DNA of 64,000 bases, taken from the NCBI GenBank assembly GCA_045655765.1, contig JAZOQA010000075.1, positions 1,676 to 65,675 of the forward strand, read 5' to 3'. Every line of letters begins with the position of its first letter. The first letter of the stretch is position 1. The notes beneath the pieces were generated by a model. It saw only the letters and a list, made by a program, of their open reading frames with translations, searched no databases and was not told the origin of the DNA. Made by a program: the position numbers and the translations under genes. Source of the stretch: Eubacteriales bacterium (GTDB lineage: Bacteria > Bacillota > Clostridia > Oscillospirales > CAG-272). This document shows positions 19,956-29,897 of this stretch, piece after piece.

Positions 19956-20840
19956 TTATTTTAGGTTATTCAAAAGCTTTTCGCCAAGCTCCTCAATTTT
20001 TGCAAGGCGATGTGAAAGCCCAGGCTTGGAAATTGGTGGTGTGAATTTTGAAGCAAGCTGGGAAAGTGAGAGCGACGGGTATTCAAGCCGCACTCTTGCG
20101 GTAAATACCAGCTCCTCGGGAAGAAACTGCAAAAGCCCCGCCTCCTCAAGCTTGGAAATCAAGGAAATCTGCCGCATTGCTGTTCCAACAGCCTTGTCAA
20201 TATTGCTGGTCTCGCAGTTTGCGACTCTGTTAGCATTGTTTCTAAGCTCGCCCTTAATTTTTGAATTCATTATGGAAAAGGAGGTGAAATTCATAGAGGC
20301 AAGCCCGAAAAAGTCTTCAATACAGGTGCTGTTTTTGGTATATATAACGGGGTTTGCTTTGCGAAATGCAAGCTTGAAATCCAAGCCCAGCTGTGTTAAA
20401 AAATCGAGAAATCTCTCGTGGCGAGGAGTGGAGAACTCCAACAGATACTGCTTTCTTGGCTCTGTAACTCTGCCCGAAATCAAAAACATTCCCCGAAGAA
20501 ACGCACTTCTGCAAAACCCGCACCTTGGGGTATACATCAATCCACCGTCTTTTTCAATTTCCAAAATAAATTTCGAGGCAGAATTTGATTTGAATGTTAA
20601 TTTTTTTCCTCTCCCTCCGCTTTTCGAGGCGGAGATTTCAGGCTGTTTTGAGTAAATTTCTTTTACAAGAGCAGAGATAAGCATCCTTTGGACGTCCGAG
20701 GTAACTCTGATTTCAACCGCCCCGTTTTCCGTGAGTATGCCCTTTGCCGCAAGCACGCCCGAAAGCAACGCTCTTCGACAGCAAAGACTTTTGTATTCTT
20801 GCTCGGCTATCTCCTTTTTCTGCTCATTGCAAAAAGACAT
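19956..20840 (-). CDS. whiA: DNA-binding protein WhiA
   Basis: MSFCNEQKKEI start typical of WhiA, a degenerate LAGLIDADG-like core, and a C-terminal HTH LSQLASKFTPPISKPGLSHRLAKIEELG. GGAG lies 9 nt before ATG 20840. Confidence 0.88.
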   Translation of the reverse strand: MSFCNEQKKEIAEQEYKSLCCRRALLSGVLAAKGILTENGAVEIRVTSDVQRMLISALVKEIYSKQPEISASKSGGRGKKLTFKSNSASKFILEIEKDGGLMYTPRCGFCRSAFLRGMFLISGRVTEPRKQYLLEFSTPRHERFLDFLTQLGLDFKLAFRKANPVIYTKNSTCIEDFFGLASMNFTSFSIMNSKIKGELRNNANRVANCETSNIDKAVGTAMRQISLISKLEEAGLLQFLPEELVFTARVRLEYPSLSLSQLASKFTPPISKPGLSHRLAKIEELGEKLLNNLK

Positions 20841-20875
20841 ATATATCATCTCCTAAAGACGTTTTTTCTATAAAT

Positions 20876-21784
20876 TTATTTAAGATATTCTATTTCTTCT
20901 TCAAGCTGTACACCGAAGCACTCACGTACCCTGGTTCTTACGGCTTCTATAACACTTTTGTAATCCTCCGAGGTAGCAGACCCTAAATTTACGATAAAGC
21001 CTGCGTGCTTTTTTGATACCTCACAATCCCCTATACGAAATCCCTTTAAGCCCGCTTTGTCTATCAGCTCTGCCGCACTTGCATACGGTGTTCTTTTAAA
21101 GATGCTTCCAAGTGACGGATATGAAAGGGGCTGTGTCTTTCGCCTTTTACGCCCAAGCTCAAGCATACGGCTCTTAATGTCTTCCTTTTCTTTACGGATA
21201 CATCTAAAGCGTGCAGAAAGAATGATATGACCCGTTTCCGAAAACGAGCTGTGTCTATATGAAAAATCAAGCTCCGACAAAGAAAGCTCTCTTAATATCC
21301 CCGTATCCTTGTCATAACACAAAACGGAGATAAGATTATCGGAAATTTCTCTTCCATATGCTCCTGCATTCATATATACGGCTCCGCCCACGCTTGCAGG
21401 AATACCCGAAAGCTCCTCAAGACACGAAAGGCCGTTTTTTAAAAGGCTCGCACAAAGACGTGCAAGACTGACCCCTGCACCCGCACAACACACGTCGTTT
21501 TCGTACTCAATTTCAGAGATATTGTCAGTTTTTATTATGACACCGTCAAATACACCGTCGGGCGGCAAAATATTGCTCATTCTGCCGAGTACCCGAGAGT
21601 GTATTCCACATTCTTTTGCCAAATCAAGTGCAAATATAAGCTCCTGCTCGTTTTTTGGAAATATAGCAGCTCTTGCCATTCCTCCTATACGAACGTAGGA
21701 AATCTTTGAAAATTGAGCGTCCTTTATAATTTTAACGTCCTTTTCCTTTAACCTCTTAAAATATAAAGAAAAAGGCTGACTCAT
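20876..21784 (-). CDS. murB: UDP-N-acetylenolpyruvoylglucosamine reductase
   Basis: FAD-binding domain ...IGGMARAAIFP... and C-terminal GDCEVSKKHAGFIVN (the MurB ...S.KH..F..N motif). ATG 21784 follows GGAG. Confidence 0.9.
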   Translation of the reverse strand: MSQPFSLYFKRLKEKDVKIIKDAQFSKISYVRIGGMARAAIFPKNEQELIFALDLAKECGIHSRVLGRMSNILPPDGVFDGVIIKTDNISEIEYENDVCCAGAGVSLARLCASLLKNGLSCLEELSGIPASVGGAVYMNAGAYGREISDNLISVLCYDKDTGILRELSLSELDFSYRHSSFSETGHIILSARFRCIRKEKEDIKSRMLELGRKRRKTQPLSYPSLGSIFKRTPYASAAELIDKAGLKGFRIGDCEVSKKHAGFIVNLGSATSEDYKSVIEAVRTRVRECFGVQLEEEIEYLK

Positions 21785-21809
21785 CGTTTTCTCCAAAAGA
21801 AATTGTTTT

Positions 21810-23501
21810 TTAATAGCTTTCCTTTTCCGTGAGCATATCTATCGCCGCCGCACGCTGTGCTTCGGTGACGTTTATTCCTCCGAGTATTCTCGAAAGCTCA
21901 TCTATACGTCCATCCCTTGAAAGGAGTGATACCGTGGTCTCGGTTTCGCCGCTATCGTCGGATTTTTTTATCAAATAATGATTGTCGGCAAGAGACGCAA
22001 TCTGGGCACTGTGAGTGACGCAAAATATTTGCGTGGTTTTTGCCAGGGAAAGCATTTTTATCCCGATTTTTCTTGCTGTTTTGCCAGAAACACCCGAATC
22101 AATCTCATCAAAAACAACCGTGAGCGTTCCGTCCTTGTCGGCTATTACGCTTTTGAGTGCAAGCATAATTCTTGCAAGCTCGCCGCCTGAGGCAATTTTC
22201 GATATAGGCTGTGCGTCGGCACCTCTGTTTGCACTGATGAAGAATTCAACAGAATCGAAGCCAAATCGGTTAAGAGTTCTTCTTTCGTTCTTATATTCTT
22301 CCTTTATCGAAGCGTAAAAAACGACCTTTGGCATATCAAGAAATTCAAGAACCTCTTTGACCTTGTTTTCGAGAATTTCAGCTGATTCAGTGCGTTTTTT
22401 ATGAAGCCTTTGGGCTATTTTTTCAGCGGCGTCAAAGGCTTCTCTTTCTTCTTTTTCAAGAGTCTTTAAAATTTCCTCAGCGTTATTTAAGCTCTCAAGC
22501 TGTGCCTCTAAGCTTTGAAGAAAGATAAGGACGTCCTCAACCGTTGAACCGTATTTACGCTTGAGGCGTGAAATCTTGTCAAGGCGAGACTCGATTTTGT
22601 TAAGGGATTCCGTCGGGTCAGACCCATCATCGTCCATAACGGCATAGACCTCTTCTGCAATTTCGTCCGTCTCATAAAGAAAGTCACGAAGCCGCTCTGC
22701 ATACTCCGCACACTCCGGCACTACGTCCGAAATTTGCATAAGTGCACTGACGCTTCTGTCAAGCAGATATGAGACGCTGCCCTTTTCGCTTCCCTTGAGT
22801 GCTTTAAAGACAAAATCTGCGTGACGGGTTATTTTTTCGCTGTTTTTGAGCTTCAGCTTCTTTTCTATAAGAGCATCCTCTTCTCCCGGCTTTAAGGATG
22901 CTGAGCGAATTTCCTTGATTTGATATTCAAGAATCTCCTTTAATCTCTCGCCCTCCTTTTCCTTTTCGGATACGTCCTCGATTTTGCGTTTTATTTCTTC
23001 AAGGCGGGAATACGCCAGCTCGTATTCCGAAAGCAGCTCGGAGTTTTGTGCAAAAACGTCCAAAAGATAAAGCTGACGGCGAGGCTCGGTCAAATCGTTT
23101 GTATCACTCTGTCCGTGAATTGAAACAAGACCGGGTGTGATTGCCTTTAAAACGCTGAGGCTGACGGAGCGTCCGTTTACTTTTATTTGCGACCTTCCGT
23201 CTCTTGCAACGCTTCTTTGAATAAGTATATTTCCGTCCTCGTCCGTACAAACACCGACATTATCGAGTTTCCTTTGAGTGGCGTCCGAAAGAGCGGAAAA
23301 AAGACCGCTGACCATAAGACTCTGTGCACCGCTTCTTATAAGCTCTTTGTCTGCTTTTGCTCCAAGGAGCAGATTTACGCTGTCTATAATTATGGATTTT
23401 CCGGCACCGGTTTCACCCGTCATAACCATAAATCCGTCGGAAAAATCAACGTCGGCACATTTTATAACGGCAACGTTTTCTATATGAAGAGAACTAAGCA
23501 T
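21810..23501 (-). CDS. recN: DNA repair protein RecN
   Basis: MLSSLHIENVAVI start, Walker A GETGAGKS, a long coiled-coil, the signature SGGELARIMLAL and Walker B VVFDEIDSG. Confidence 0.96.
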   Translation of the reverse strand: MLSSLHIENVAVIKCADVDFSDGFMVMTGETGAGKSIIIDSVNLLLGAKADKELIRSGAQSLMVSGLFSALSDATQRKLDNVGVCTDEDGNILIQRSVARDGRSQIKVNGRSVSLSVLKAITPGLVSIHGQSDTNDLTEPRRQLYLLDVFAQNSELLSEYELAYSRLEEIKRKIEDVSEKEKEGERLKEILEYQIKEIRSASLKPGEEDALIEKKLKLKNSEKITRHADFVFKALKGSEKGSVSYLLDRSVSALMQISDVVPECAEYAERLRDFLYETDEIAEEVYAVMDDDGSDPTESLNKIESRLDKISRLKRKYGSTVEDVLIFLQSLEAQLESLNNAEEILKTLEKEEREAFDAAEKIAQRLHKKRTESAEILENKVKEVLEFLDMPKVVFYASIKEEYKNERRTLNRFGFDSVEFFISANRGADAQPISKIASGGELARIMLALKSVIADKDGTLTVVFDEIDSGVSGKTARKIGIKMLSLAKTTQIFCVTHSAQIASLADNHYLIKKSDDSGETETTVSLLSRDGRIDELSRILGGINVTEAQRAAAIDMLTEKESY

Positions 23502-23525
23502 TTAAAATTCCTCTTTATCCGAAAT

Positions 23526-23981
23526 TTAAATTCCGAAAACGTTTTTCAAGGTTTTCTCGGCTTCTGATGCGTCCTTTACGGTCTTAATTACCAAAAGCAC
23601 CGTGTCGTCACCTGCGACACAGCCGACAAGCGACTCGATTTCAAGCGAATCTATACAAACGGCAATGGCGTTTGCCATACCCGCAAGAGTTTTTACCACT
23701 ATCAAATTTTCCGCTGACTCAATCTTGATTATGGAGTCGGTAAGTGCAGAATTGAGTACAGGTGCTCCCCCTGCCTTTTTAAGCTCAGGCAGAACGTATT
23801 TATAAGTGCCTCTTTCCGTAATTCCCTTTGCAAGCTGAAGCTGTCTTATATCACGGGAAATTGTCGTCTGTGTTGTTTCAAAGCCCGCCTCGGAAAGACG
23901 GCGTATAAGAGTTTCCTGAGTATCTATATCGTACTGCTCAACAAGTTCGAGAATCTTTCTTTGTCTTGCGTTTTTCATCAC
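23526..23981 (-). CDS. argR: Arginine repressor
   Basis: Winged-helix N-terminus RQRKILELVEQYDIDTQETLIRRLSEAGFETTQTTISRDI and C-terminal GCVAGDDTVLLV. Confidence 0.93.
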   Translation of the reverse strand: MMKNARQRKILELVEQYDIDTQETLIRRLSEAGFETTQTTISRDIRQLQLAKGITERGTYKYVLPELKKAGGAPVLNSALTDSIIKIESAENLIVVKTLAGMANAIAVCIDSLEIESLVGCVAGDDTVLLVIKTVKDASEAEKTLKNVFGI

Positions 23982-24829
23982 TTTATATCCTCCAAAATAC
24001 GCATTTTTCTAAACAAGGTCGAGAACATATTATTTTCCGAGAACGTAAGCATTTTGAGCTTTGTTTCAGCTGCATAGACAACACAGGCCTCACCGTTTGC
24101 CATAGTTGCAAAATGTCTGCCGTCAATGCTGATTTTCAGATTCTGCTCACAAATATTTCTAACAGTCAGCCTTTCACCCGAATCAAAAATTATCGAACGG
24201 TTGAAAAACGAGTGTGGACATACGGGCGTGACAAGAATTGAGTTTACGTTATGTGCAACTATCGGGCCGCCTGCTGAGAGTGAATATGCGGTAGAGCCTG
24301 CGGGGGTGGAGATAATTATACTGTCCGCTCTGTACTTTACTCTGTCCTGTGCGGAGTTTTCAACAGTAAAATCGGCAATTCCGAAATAATCGTCGTGAGA
24401 AATTACAACGTCATTCACCGCAAGATGCATAGCCTTAGTCACCTCTGTGCCTGAAATAAGCTCGGCACAAAGAAGCAGCTTGTCGCAGATTTTAAAATCA
24501 CGGGTGAGCAATCTGTCAAGAACAGCAAGATTGTCAGGCTCAACCTCAGAAAGATATCCGACCTTGCCAAGATTAACTCCAAGTATAGGAACGTCGTATC
24601 GGAGTGCATATTCAGATGCATCAATGACCGAGCCGTCTCCGCCCACCACTATTATAAGCTCCGCATCGGAGGGAAAGTCGGAGTAGTACACCGCTCCCTC
24701 TTGCTTAAAGGTGCTTTTTTTATCAACATAAGGAGCTATACCAAGCTGTATGAGCTTGGCTGCCAAAGCCCCTGTTACGGAAAAATCCCTATCCTTTTTG
24801 GGATTAGTAATTATTACTGCATTTTTCAC
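23978..24829 (-). CDS. nadK: NAD kinase
   Basis: GGDGS motif (IIVVGGDGSVIDAS), a GxLGFL-like LGKVGYLSE segment, and STPAGSTAYSLSAGGP. Confidence 0.93.
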   Translation of the reverse strand: MKNAVIITNPKKDRDFSVTGALAAKLIQLGIAPYVDKKSTFKQEGAVYYSDFPSDAELIIVVGGDGSVIDASEYALRYDVPILGVNLGKVGYLSEVEPDNLAVLDRLLTRDFKICDKLLLCAELISGTEVTKAMHLAVNDVVISHDDYFGIADFTVENSAQDRVKYRADSIIISTPAGSTAYSLSAGGPIVAHNVNSILVTPVCPHSFFNRSIIFDSGERLTVRNICEQNLKISIDGRHFATMANGEACVVYAAETKLKMLTFSENNMFSTLFRKMRILEDIK

Positions 24830-24834
24830 AGCTC

Positions 24835-25560
24835 TTACCTCGCTTTAAAATGAACAAGATACTCGGTGTTTCCGTCGCCGCCGGTTATGGGAGATTCAAT
24901 ATACCCTAAAAAGATGAAGCCGTTATTACTTGCAAAATCAACCACCTTATCAACTGCGGCACGTCGCATTTTTTCGCTTTTTACTATTCCGCCCTTGCCT
25001 ATTGCCGCACGGCCAACCTCAAACTGCGGCTTTACAAGACAAATAAAATCAGCTCCGCTCGAAAGCACCGAGGATAAGGCGGGAATTATATAAGTTGCGG
25101 AGATAAACGAGACATCCATAACCGCAAAATCGTGTTCGGTATCAAAATCCTCACGCTTCATATACCTTGCATTGAAATTTTCAATTACCGTAACTCTCGG
25201 GTCATCACGCAAAGCCTGCACCATCTGACCTGAGCCTGAGTCTACTGCCGTTACACTCATAGCGCCTCTTTGTAAAAGGCAATCTGTAAATCCGCCGCTT
25301 GATGCTCCAATGTCAATGCACGTTCGACCAAGTGGAGACGCATTAAAGGCATCGAGTGCAGCCTCGAGCTTAAGTCCTCCCCTGCCGACGTATTTTTTCG
25401 ACGATGTATCAACCTCAATATCCGAATCCTCGGCTACGTCAAATGACGGCTTTGTTTGAACTCTACCGTTTACCTTAACGTGTCCCTCGGTAATGAATTT
25501 CTTTGCCTCAGTACGGCTCTTTACAAGGCTGCGTTCAAAAATACAAACGTCAAGCCTCAT
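24835..25560 (-). CDS. tlyA: TlyA family rRNA 2'-O-methyltransferase (S4 domain + FtsJ-like)
   Basis: MRLDVCIFERSLVKSRTEAKKFI is an S4 RNA-binding start, and DIGASSGGFTDCLLQRGA is the SAM motif. Start is taken at M6 of the ORF-track product. Confidence 0.88.
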   Translation of the reverse strand: MRLDVCIFERSLVKSRTEAKKFITEGHVKVNGRVQTKPSFDVAEDSDIEVDTSSKKYVGRGGLKLEAALDAFNASPLGRTCIDIGASSGGFTDCLLQRGAMSVTAVDSGSGQMVQALRDDPRVTVIENFNARYMKREDFDTEHDFAVMDVSFISATYIIPALSSVLSSGADFICLVKPQFEVGRAAIGKGGIVKSEKMRRAAVDKVVDFASNNGFIFLGYIESPITGGDGNTEYLVHFKAR

Positions 25561-25795
25561 CTTCCAAAGCTCCAAACGGTGCGTCCGTAACCGTGCCGTC
25601 GAGTCCCTCTGTTAGAATTTTCACCCTTTGCTCAGCCTTTTCGAGTCGCTCGTTGCAAATCTTTATGAGCTTTACTGCCTCCTCATATACCTTAAGTGCC
25701 TCGTCAAGCGTAAGCTCCGAGGATTCAAGGCTCCTCACCTTATCTTCAAGAGAGCCAAGGGCTTCTTCAAATTTTATATTACTTTTTGCTGCCAT
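25550..25795 (-). CDS. xseB: Exodeoxyribonuclease VII small subunit
   Basis: 81 aa, FEEALGSLEDKVRSLESSELTLDEALKVYEEAVKLIKICNERL. It overlaps the xseA stop. Confidence 0.93.
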   Translation of the reverse strand: MAAKSNIKFEEALGSLEDKVRSLESSELTLDEALKVYEEAVKLIKICNERLEKAEQRVKILTEGLDGTVTDAPFGALEDEA

Positions 25796-27023
25796 TAAAA
25801 GTCTCCTTTTTTATAACCGTTGCCCCGAGCATACCGTCGGTCAGTCTTACGGAAATTTCATCACCCAACGAAACGTCGGAGATGCTTTTTATAGTCCTGC
25901 CCCCGCACTCGGCAACTGAAAATCCACGTGAAAGAACGGAAAGTGGGCTAAGTGCTTCAAGCTTTTTGAGGGATAGTGCAAGCTGTGTTCTTCGCTCCTT
26001 AACAAAAGCTGTTATAGAGGACACAAGGCTATCACTCAATGCATCAACACTTCGTCTTGGCTCTTTTGTTAATGCTTTAAAATCTGCAAAAATACCACTC
26101 GACGTAAGTGCTTTAAGCTCCGCACGGCTATGCTCCGCACGCTTTTTAAGTGCCGAGGACACACGGGACGCAAGATTGTCAATATACAGTAAAAGTTCTT
26201 TTACGTCAGGGACGGCAAGCTCTGCTGCAGCAGACGGCGTCGGTGCACGAAGATCTGCCACAAAATCACAAATTGTAAAATCCGTCTCGTGTCCGACAGC
26301 AGAAATGATAGGCACAGAATGAGAATATATACGTCTTGCCAGCCGCTCACCGTTAAAGGCCCACAAATCCTCAATAGAGCCTCCTCCACGTCCTATAATT
26401 ATGACGTCAACAAGCCCTGAGGTATCAAAATAATCAAGAGCCTTGATAAGCTGCTCCTCCGCTGTGTCGCCCTGAACCTGTGACGGATAGAGAAACACCT
26501 CTGCTAATGGAAAGCGTCTTCCCGTTACGTTGATAATGTCTCTGACTGCCGCACCCGTCGGCGAGGTTATTACTCCCACCCGTCTTGGAAATTTGGGAAT
26601 GGACTTTTTATGCTCCTCGCAGAAAAGCCCCTCTTTCATAAGCCTTTCCTTGGTTTGCTCATACGCAAGGTAAAGCGCTCCAACACCGTCTGGGGACATA
26701 GAGTTTACGTAAAGCTGATATACGCCGCCTTGGGAATATACAGAAACAGAGCCGTGTACTGTAACCCTCATACCGTTTTCGGGCTTAAATTTAAGCCGTA
26801 CGGCACTCGAACGAAACATAACGGCTTTAACCTGTGAGGTCTCGTCCTTTAAAGAAAAGTATATGTGACCCGAGCCATGATGAACGAAATTAGAGATTTC
26901 TCCACTCACGCTGACAGCACTTAAGGTTCTGTCGCACTCAAGGACGCTTTTTATATAGTTGTTAAGCTCGCCGACACTGAACGGGTCGTTTTTTTTGCGT
27001 TCACGGAGTGAGGAAATATCCAT
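25779..27023 (-). CDS. xseA: Exodeoxyribonuclease VII large subunit
   Basis: N-terminal OB fold (SVGELNNYIKSVLE..., GEISNF..H.SGHIYFSLKD), a catalytic core GRGGGSIEDLWAFN ... SAVGHETDFTI, and a C-terminal coiled coil. Confidence 0.95.
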   Translation of the reverse strand: MDISSLRERKKNDPFSVGELNNYIKSVLECDRTLSAVSVSGEISNFVHHGSGHIYFSLKDETSQVKAVMFRSSAVRLKFKPENGMRVTVHGSVSVYSQGGVYQLYVNSMSPDGVGALYLAYEQTKERLMKEGLFCEEHKKSIPKFPRRVGVITSPTGAAVRDIINVTGRRFPLAEVFLYPSQVQGDTAEEQLIKALDYFDTSGLVDVIIIGRGGGSIEDLWAFNGERLARRIYSHSVPIISAVGHETDFTICDFVADLRAPTPSAAAELAVPDVKELLLYIDNLASRVSSALKKRAEHSRAELKALTSSGIFADFKALTKEPRRSVDALSDSLVSSITAFVKERRTQLALSLKKLEALSPLSVLSRGFSVAECGGRTIKSISDVSLGDEISVRLTDGMLGATVIKKETFNGSKK

Positions 27024-27029
27024 TTTTTA

Positions 27030-27980
27030 TTAAAATCCTTTTTTGAAATTATATGCGTTCTTTGCAAGCACAGCTATGCCTACGGCATTGTCGCACGAGA
27101 GCGAGGGCTCTGCAAATGCAGCATCAAAGCGTGATGTAAGACGCTCTCTAATTATCGAATTAGACATAACGCCCCCGGCAAAAACAAATGGCATACGCCC
27201 CTTTTTTTCAATATAAGCATCGCACATCATCTCTATCGCACGTCCAAGATAATCGAAAACAAACGCCGCAACAAGCGAGGGCTTTGCCGTTTGCTCATAA
27301 AGACGGATTGCCATATTTTCAAGCCCCGAAAGATTTGCGGCGGTGCCGTCAACGGGCGGCTTTTTCCTTGGGATTTTGTCGGTATTTGAAAGAGCAGCCT
27401 CCTCCATATACCGCCCCGCAGGGAACGAAAATCCCATACGGACACCGATTCTGTCTATAATCTGTCCCGCATTCAAATCAAGCGTGCCGCCGACTGATTC
27501 GCAAACGAATCCGCTCTCCGTGGCTCTTGCCTCAACAAGCTCCGTTGTTCCGCCCGATATATGAAAAGCGGCAAAATGCTCGGGAATTTCCCTCCTTGCG
27601 GAATAAAGTGCCGCCATAATATGACCGCACTGATGTGAAAACTCAAAAAGCGGCACACCGCCCGCAGATGAAACCGCACTTGCCGCATTTACCCCTGCAA
27701 GAAAGCACGGCATATAAGAGCCGTCCTTGTTCCTCGGTCTTGTGCTTACACCGACACAAGAGATTGGCTCTCCTGCCAAAATCTTTCGTGCCTCGTCCAT
27801 AAGAACGGGGAGGTTTTTTATATGAGCGAAAACCGCATCGGACTGTCTGAGCCCCCTTTCGCCCTCCTTTACGGGCAGGGGGAGCTTCAAATTCGCAAGC
27901 AGCTCACCCTCGGTATCAACAAGAGCAACCGACGTGGTATAGTTGCTCGTGTCGATGCCCATAACTATTTGCTTTTTCAT
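27030..27980 (-). CDS. Kae1/TsaD-like (peptidase M22 / ASKHA fold) paralogue
   Basis: GIDTSNYTTSVALVD (phosphate-1 motif), HQCGH at the position of the TsaD HMEGH metal site, HISGGTTELV, GGVMSNSIIRERL, and SCDNAVGIA at the TsaD C-terminal DN site. 316 aa. Confidence 0.65.
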   Translation of the reverse strand: MKKQIVMGIDTSNYTTSVALVDTEGELLANLKLPLPVKEGERGLRQSDAVFAHIKNLPVLMDEARKILAGEPISCVGVSTRPRNKDGSYMPCFLAGVNAASAVSSAGGVPLFEFSHQCGHIMAALYSARREIPEHFAAFHISGGTTELVEARATESGFVCESVGGTLDLNAGQIIDRIGVRMGFSFPAGRYMEEAALSNTDKIPRKKPPVDGTAANLSGLENMAIRLYEQTAKPSLVAAFVFDYLGRAIEMMCDAYIEKKGRMPFVFAGGVMSNSIIRERLTSRFDAAFAEPSLSCDNAVGIAVLAKNAYNFKKGF

Positions 27981-28396
27981 TTGCGTCCGAGAAAAACGGC
28001 TACACCGTTGAGAACACCGTTTACGAACATATATGCCTTTTCGTCATCATACTTCTTTGAAAGCTCTATTGCCTCGTTTATGGAAACCTTCGGAGGAATG
28101 TCGTCCATAAACATCAATTCGTAAGTAGCAAGACGCAAAATTGCCTTGGACGTGAACGAAATTCTCTCCTTATTCCAGCCCTGAAGATTTTTCTCTATCG
28201 CATCGTCTATTACAACCGAATTTTCCTTTGAACCGAAGAAAACCGTTTTTACGTAATCGTCGCATTCAAGCTCACGGCAGGAAATCGCCTTTTCAAAAAT
28301 TTCCTCCGCTGTTTCATCCGTCTTGCACGCATCTTCAAAAAGAAGTATGAAAGCGTTTTCTCTCGCTGTCTTTCTATTCATTGATTTGTTCTCCAT
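27977..28396 (-). CDS. nusB: Transcription antitermination factor NusB
   Basis: RKTARENAFILLFE start and ...ILRLATYELMFMDDIPPKVSINEAIELSKKY...FVNGVL. Confidence 0.93.
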   Translation of the reverse strand: MENKSMNRKTARENAFILLFEDACKTDETAEEIFEKAISCRELECDDYVKTVFFGSKENSVVIDDAIEKNLQGWNKERISFTSKAILRLATYELMFMDDIPPKVSINEAIELSKKYDDEKAYMFVNGVLNGVAVFLGRK

Positions 28397-28592
28397 ATTT
28401 TATTTTGATGTAGTACTATAATTATACTTACAAATGTATAAAAAGTCAACCGATTTGTGGGAAAAATATTCTTTTTTTGAATTTTTATGCACCGCCTTTT
28501 GAAAACTTTGTTCTTTTTTGCACTTTTGACTTGAAAAAGTACAAATATTATGGTATCATATAATGGTAAAGTTATTTCTGAAAGGAAACGCT

Positions 28593-29060
28593 ATGAAAAT
28601 TTTAGGAAAGACCCTTACAAGAGGAAGCTTTTACTCATTCCTTATCATTCTTGTATACTTAATTTTCTCTCACACAGTGGGTTTTGAAGCAAACTTTGAC
28701 ATAATCATAGACCTGCCAAGGTATTTAACGCTTAATCTTTACGGATTTTCCATTGCTGCCGTAGGCTTGATTTTTGAAACAAAGCTTGACCCTATTTTTA
28801 AAAGAGCTATACACTTCCTCGTTCTTCTCGGTGGATTTATATTCGTATTTATGACATCAGGCTCGGAGACGATAAACGGAGGACGCAAGGTCTTTATTTC
28901 TATAGTGCTGTTCGTTTTCTGCTACGTTGCTATTACTCTTGCTATATTCGCAGCGAAGCATATTTACGGAAAAATTGAAAAAAAGCTTAAAAAAAGCTCC
29001 ATAGATACCAAGACTCAAAAGAAAAACTCCAACACAAGCTACACACCGAGATACAAGTGA
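28593..29060 (+). CDS. Hypothetical four-TM membrane protein
   Basis: The ORF from ATG 28593 is preceded by AAAGGAAA. The earlier ATG 28563 sits inside a TATAAT box. Four hydrophobic segments and a Lys-rich C-terminal tail. Confidence 0.55.
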   Translation: MKILGKTLTRGSFYSFLIILVYLIFSHTVGFEANFDIIIDLPRYLTLNLYGFSIAAVGLIFETKLDPIFKRAIHFLVLLGGFIFVFMTSGSETINGGRKVFISIVLFVFCYVAITLAIFAAKHIYGKIEKKLKKSSIDTKTQKKNSNTSYTPRYK

Positions 29061-29254
29061 TGAAAATAGTACGCTTCGACGTCGGCGACGTCCTGATTAT
29101 GAAAAAACGCCACCCCTGCTCCTCTGACTTGTTCAAGGTTATGAGGGTCGGCAGTGACGTGAGAATTGTCTGCCTCGGCTGCGGACGAGACCTGACGCTT
29201 TCAAGAGAGACGCTTGAAAAGTCGGTAAAGCAGGTAAAGTGTCGAGAAGAATAA
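29060..29254 (+). CDS. DUF951 family small protein
   Basis: MKIVRFDVGDVLIMKKRHPCSSDLFKVMRVGSDVRIVCLGCGRDLTL matches the conserved DUF951 pattern (KK.HPCG...W...R.G.D....C..CG). Its start shares a base with the upstream stop (TGATG). Confidence 0.75.
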   Translation: MKIVRFDVGDVLIMKKRHPCSSDLFKVMRVGSDVRIVCLGCGRDLTLSRETLEKSVKQVKCREE

Positions 29255-29267
29255 ACCGGAGGACCTT

Positions 29268-29873
29268 ATGTTTTATTATTTAAACGGAGAGCTTGCACAC
29301 AGAGAAGCGGGAGTTTGCGTAATTGATTGCGGAGGTGTCGGCTACAAGCTTACGGTAAGTCTTAATACTTCCGAGGCTCTTATATCAAAGCTCGGCAAAA
29401 CTGTAAAGCTCTATACTCACCTTGCCGTCAGGGAGGACGGAATCGAGATGTTCGGATTTTCCACCCCCGAGGAAAAGGAATGCTTTAATCTTCTTATAGG
29501 CGTAAGCGGTGTAGGTCCGAAGGCAGCTATAAATATTCTTTCCGTTTTGACACCCGACAAGCTCTCGCTTGCTATATGCACCGAGGACGTAAAAGCTATT
29601 TCAAAGGCACCGAATGTTGGTGCAAAAACAGCGGCAAGAATTGTTCTTGAGCTTAAAGACAAAATTTCAAAGGACACACTTACCTCCACACCGGAGGGTG
29701 CAGCCTCGACGGCTCCCGTACGTATGATGAGCGGGGCGATGTCCGAGGCGGCAGAGGCACTTTCCGTGCTTGGATACGACAAAGCAAGCATTCAAAAGTC
29801 ACTTGGCACAGTGGACACGTCACTTGATGCGGGTGCAATGATTAAAGCGGCACTAAAAAAGCTTGCAAGATAA
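29268..29873 (+). CDS. ruvA: Holliday junction DNA helicase subunit RuvA
   Basis: MFYYLNGEL...GGVGYKL start and HhH motifs LIGVSGVGPKAA and ISKAPNVGAKTAARI. Confidence 0.95.
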   Translation: MFYYLNGELAHREAGVCVIDCGGVGYKLTVSLNTSEALISKLGKTVKLYTHLAVREDGIEMFGFSTPEEKECFNLLIGVSGVGPKAAINILSVLTPDKLSLAICTEDVKAISKAPNVGAKTAARIVLELKDKISKDTLTSTPEGAASTAPVRMMSGAMSEAAEALSVLGYDKASIQKSLGTVDTSLDAGAMIKAALKKLAR

Positions 29874-29897
29874 CATTACGAAAGGATTTTTCTCTGA

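Noticed and set aside
20026-20655. 209-aa plus-strand ORF antisense to whiA. Similar long antisense ORFs lie opposite rpoD (5991-6545), xseA (25786-26322), the Clp ATPase (13860-14366) and the lipoprotein gene (3480-3995).
   Set aside because: All overlap strongly supported genes on the other strand and lack translation signals. I treat them as shadow ORFs.
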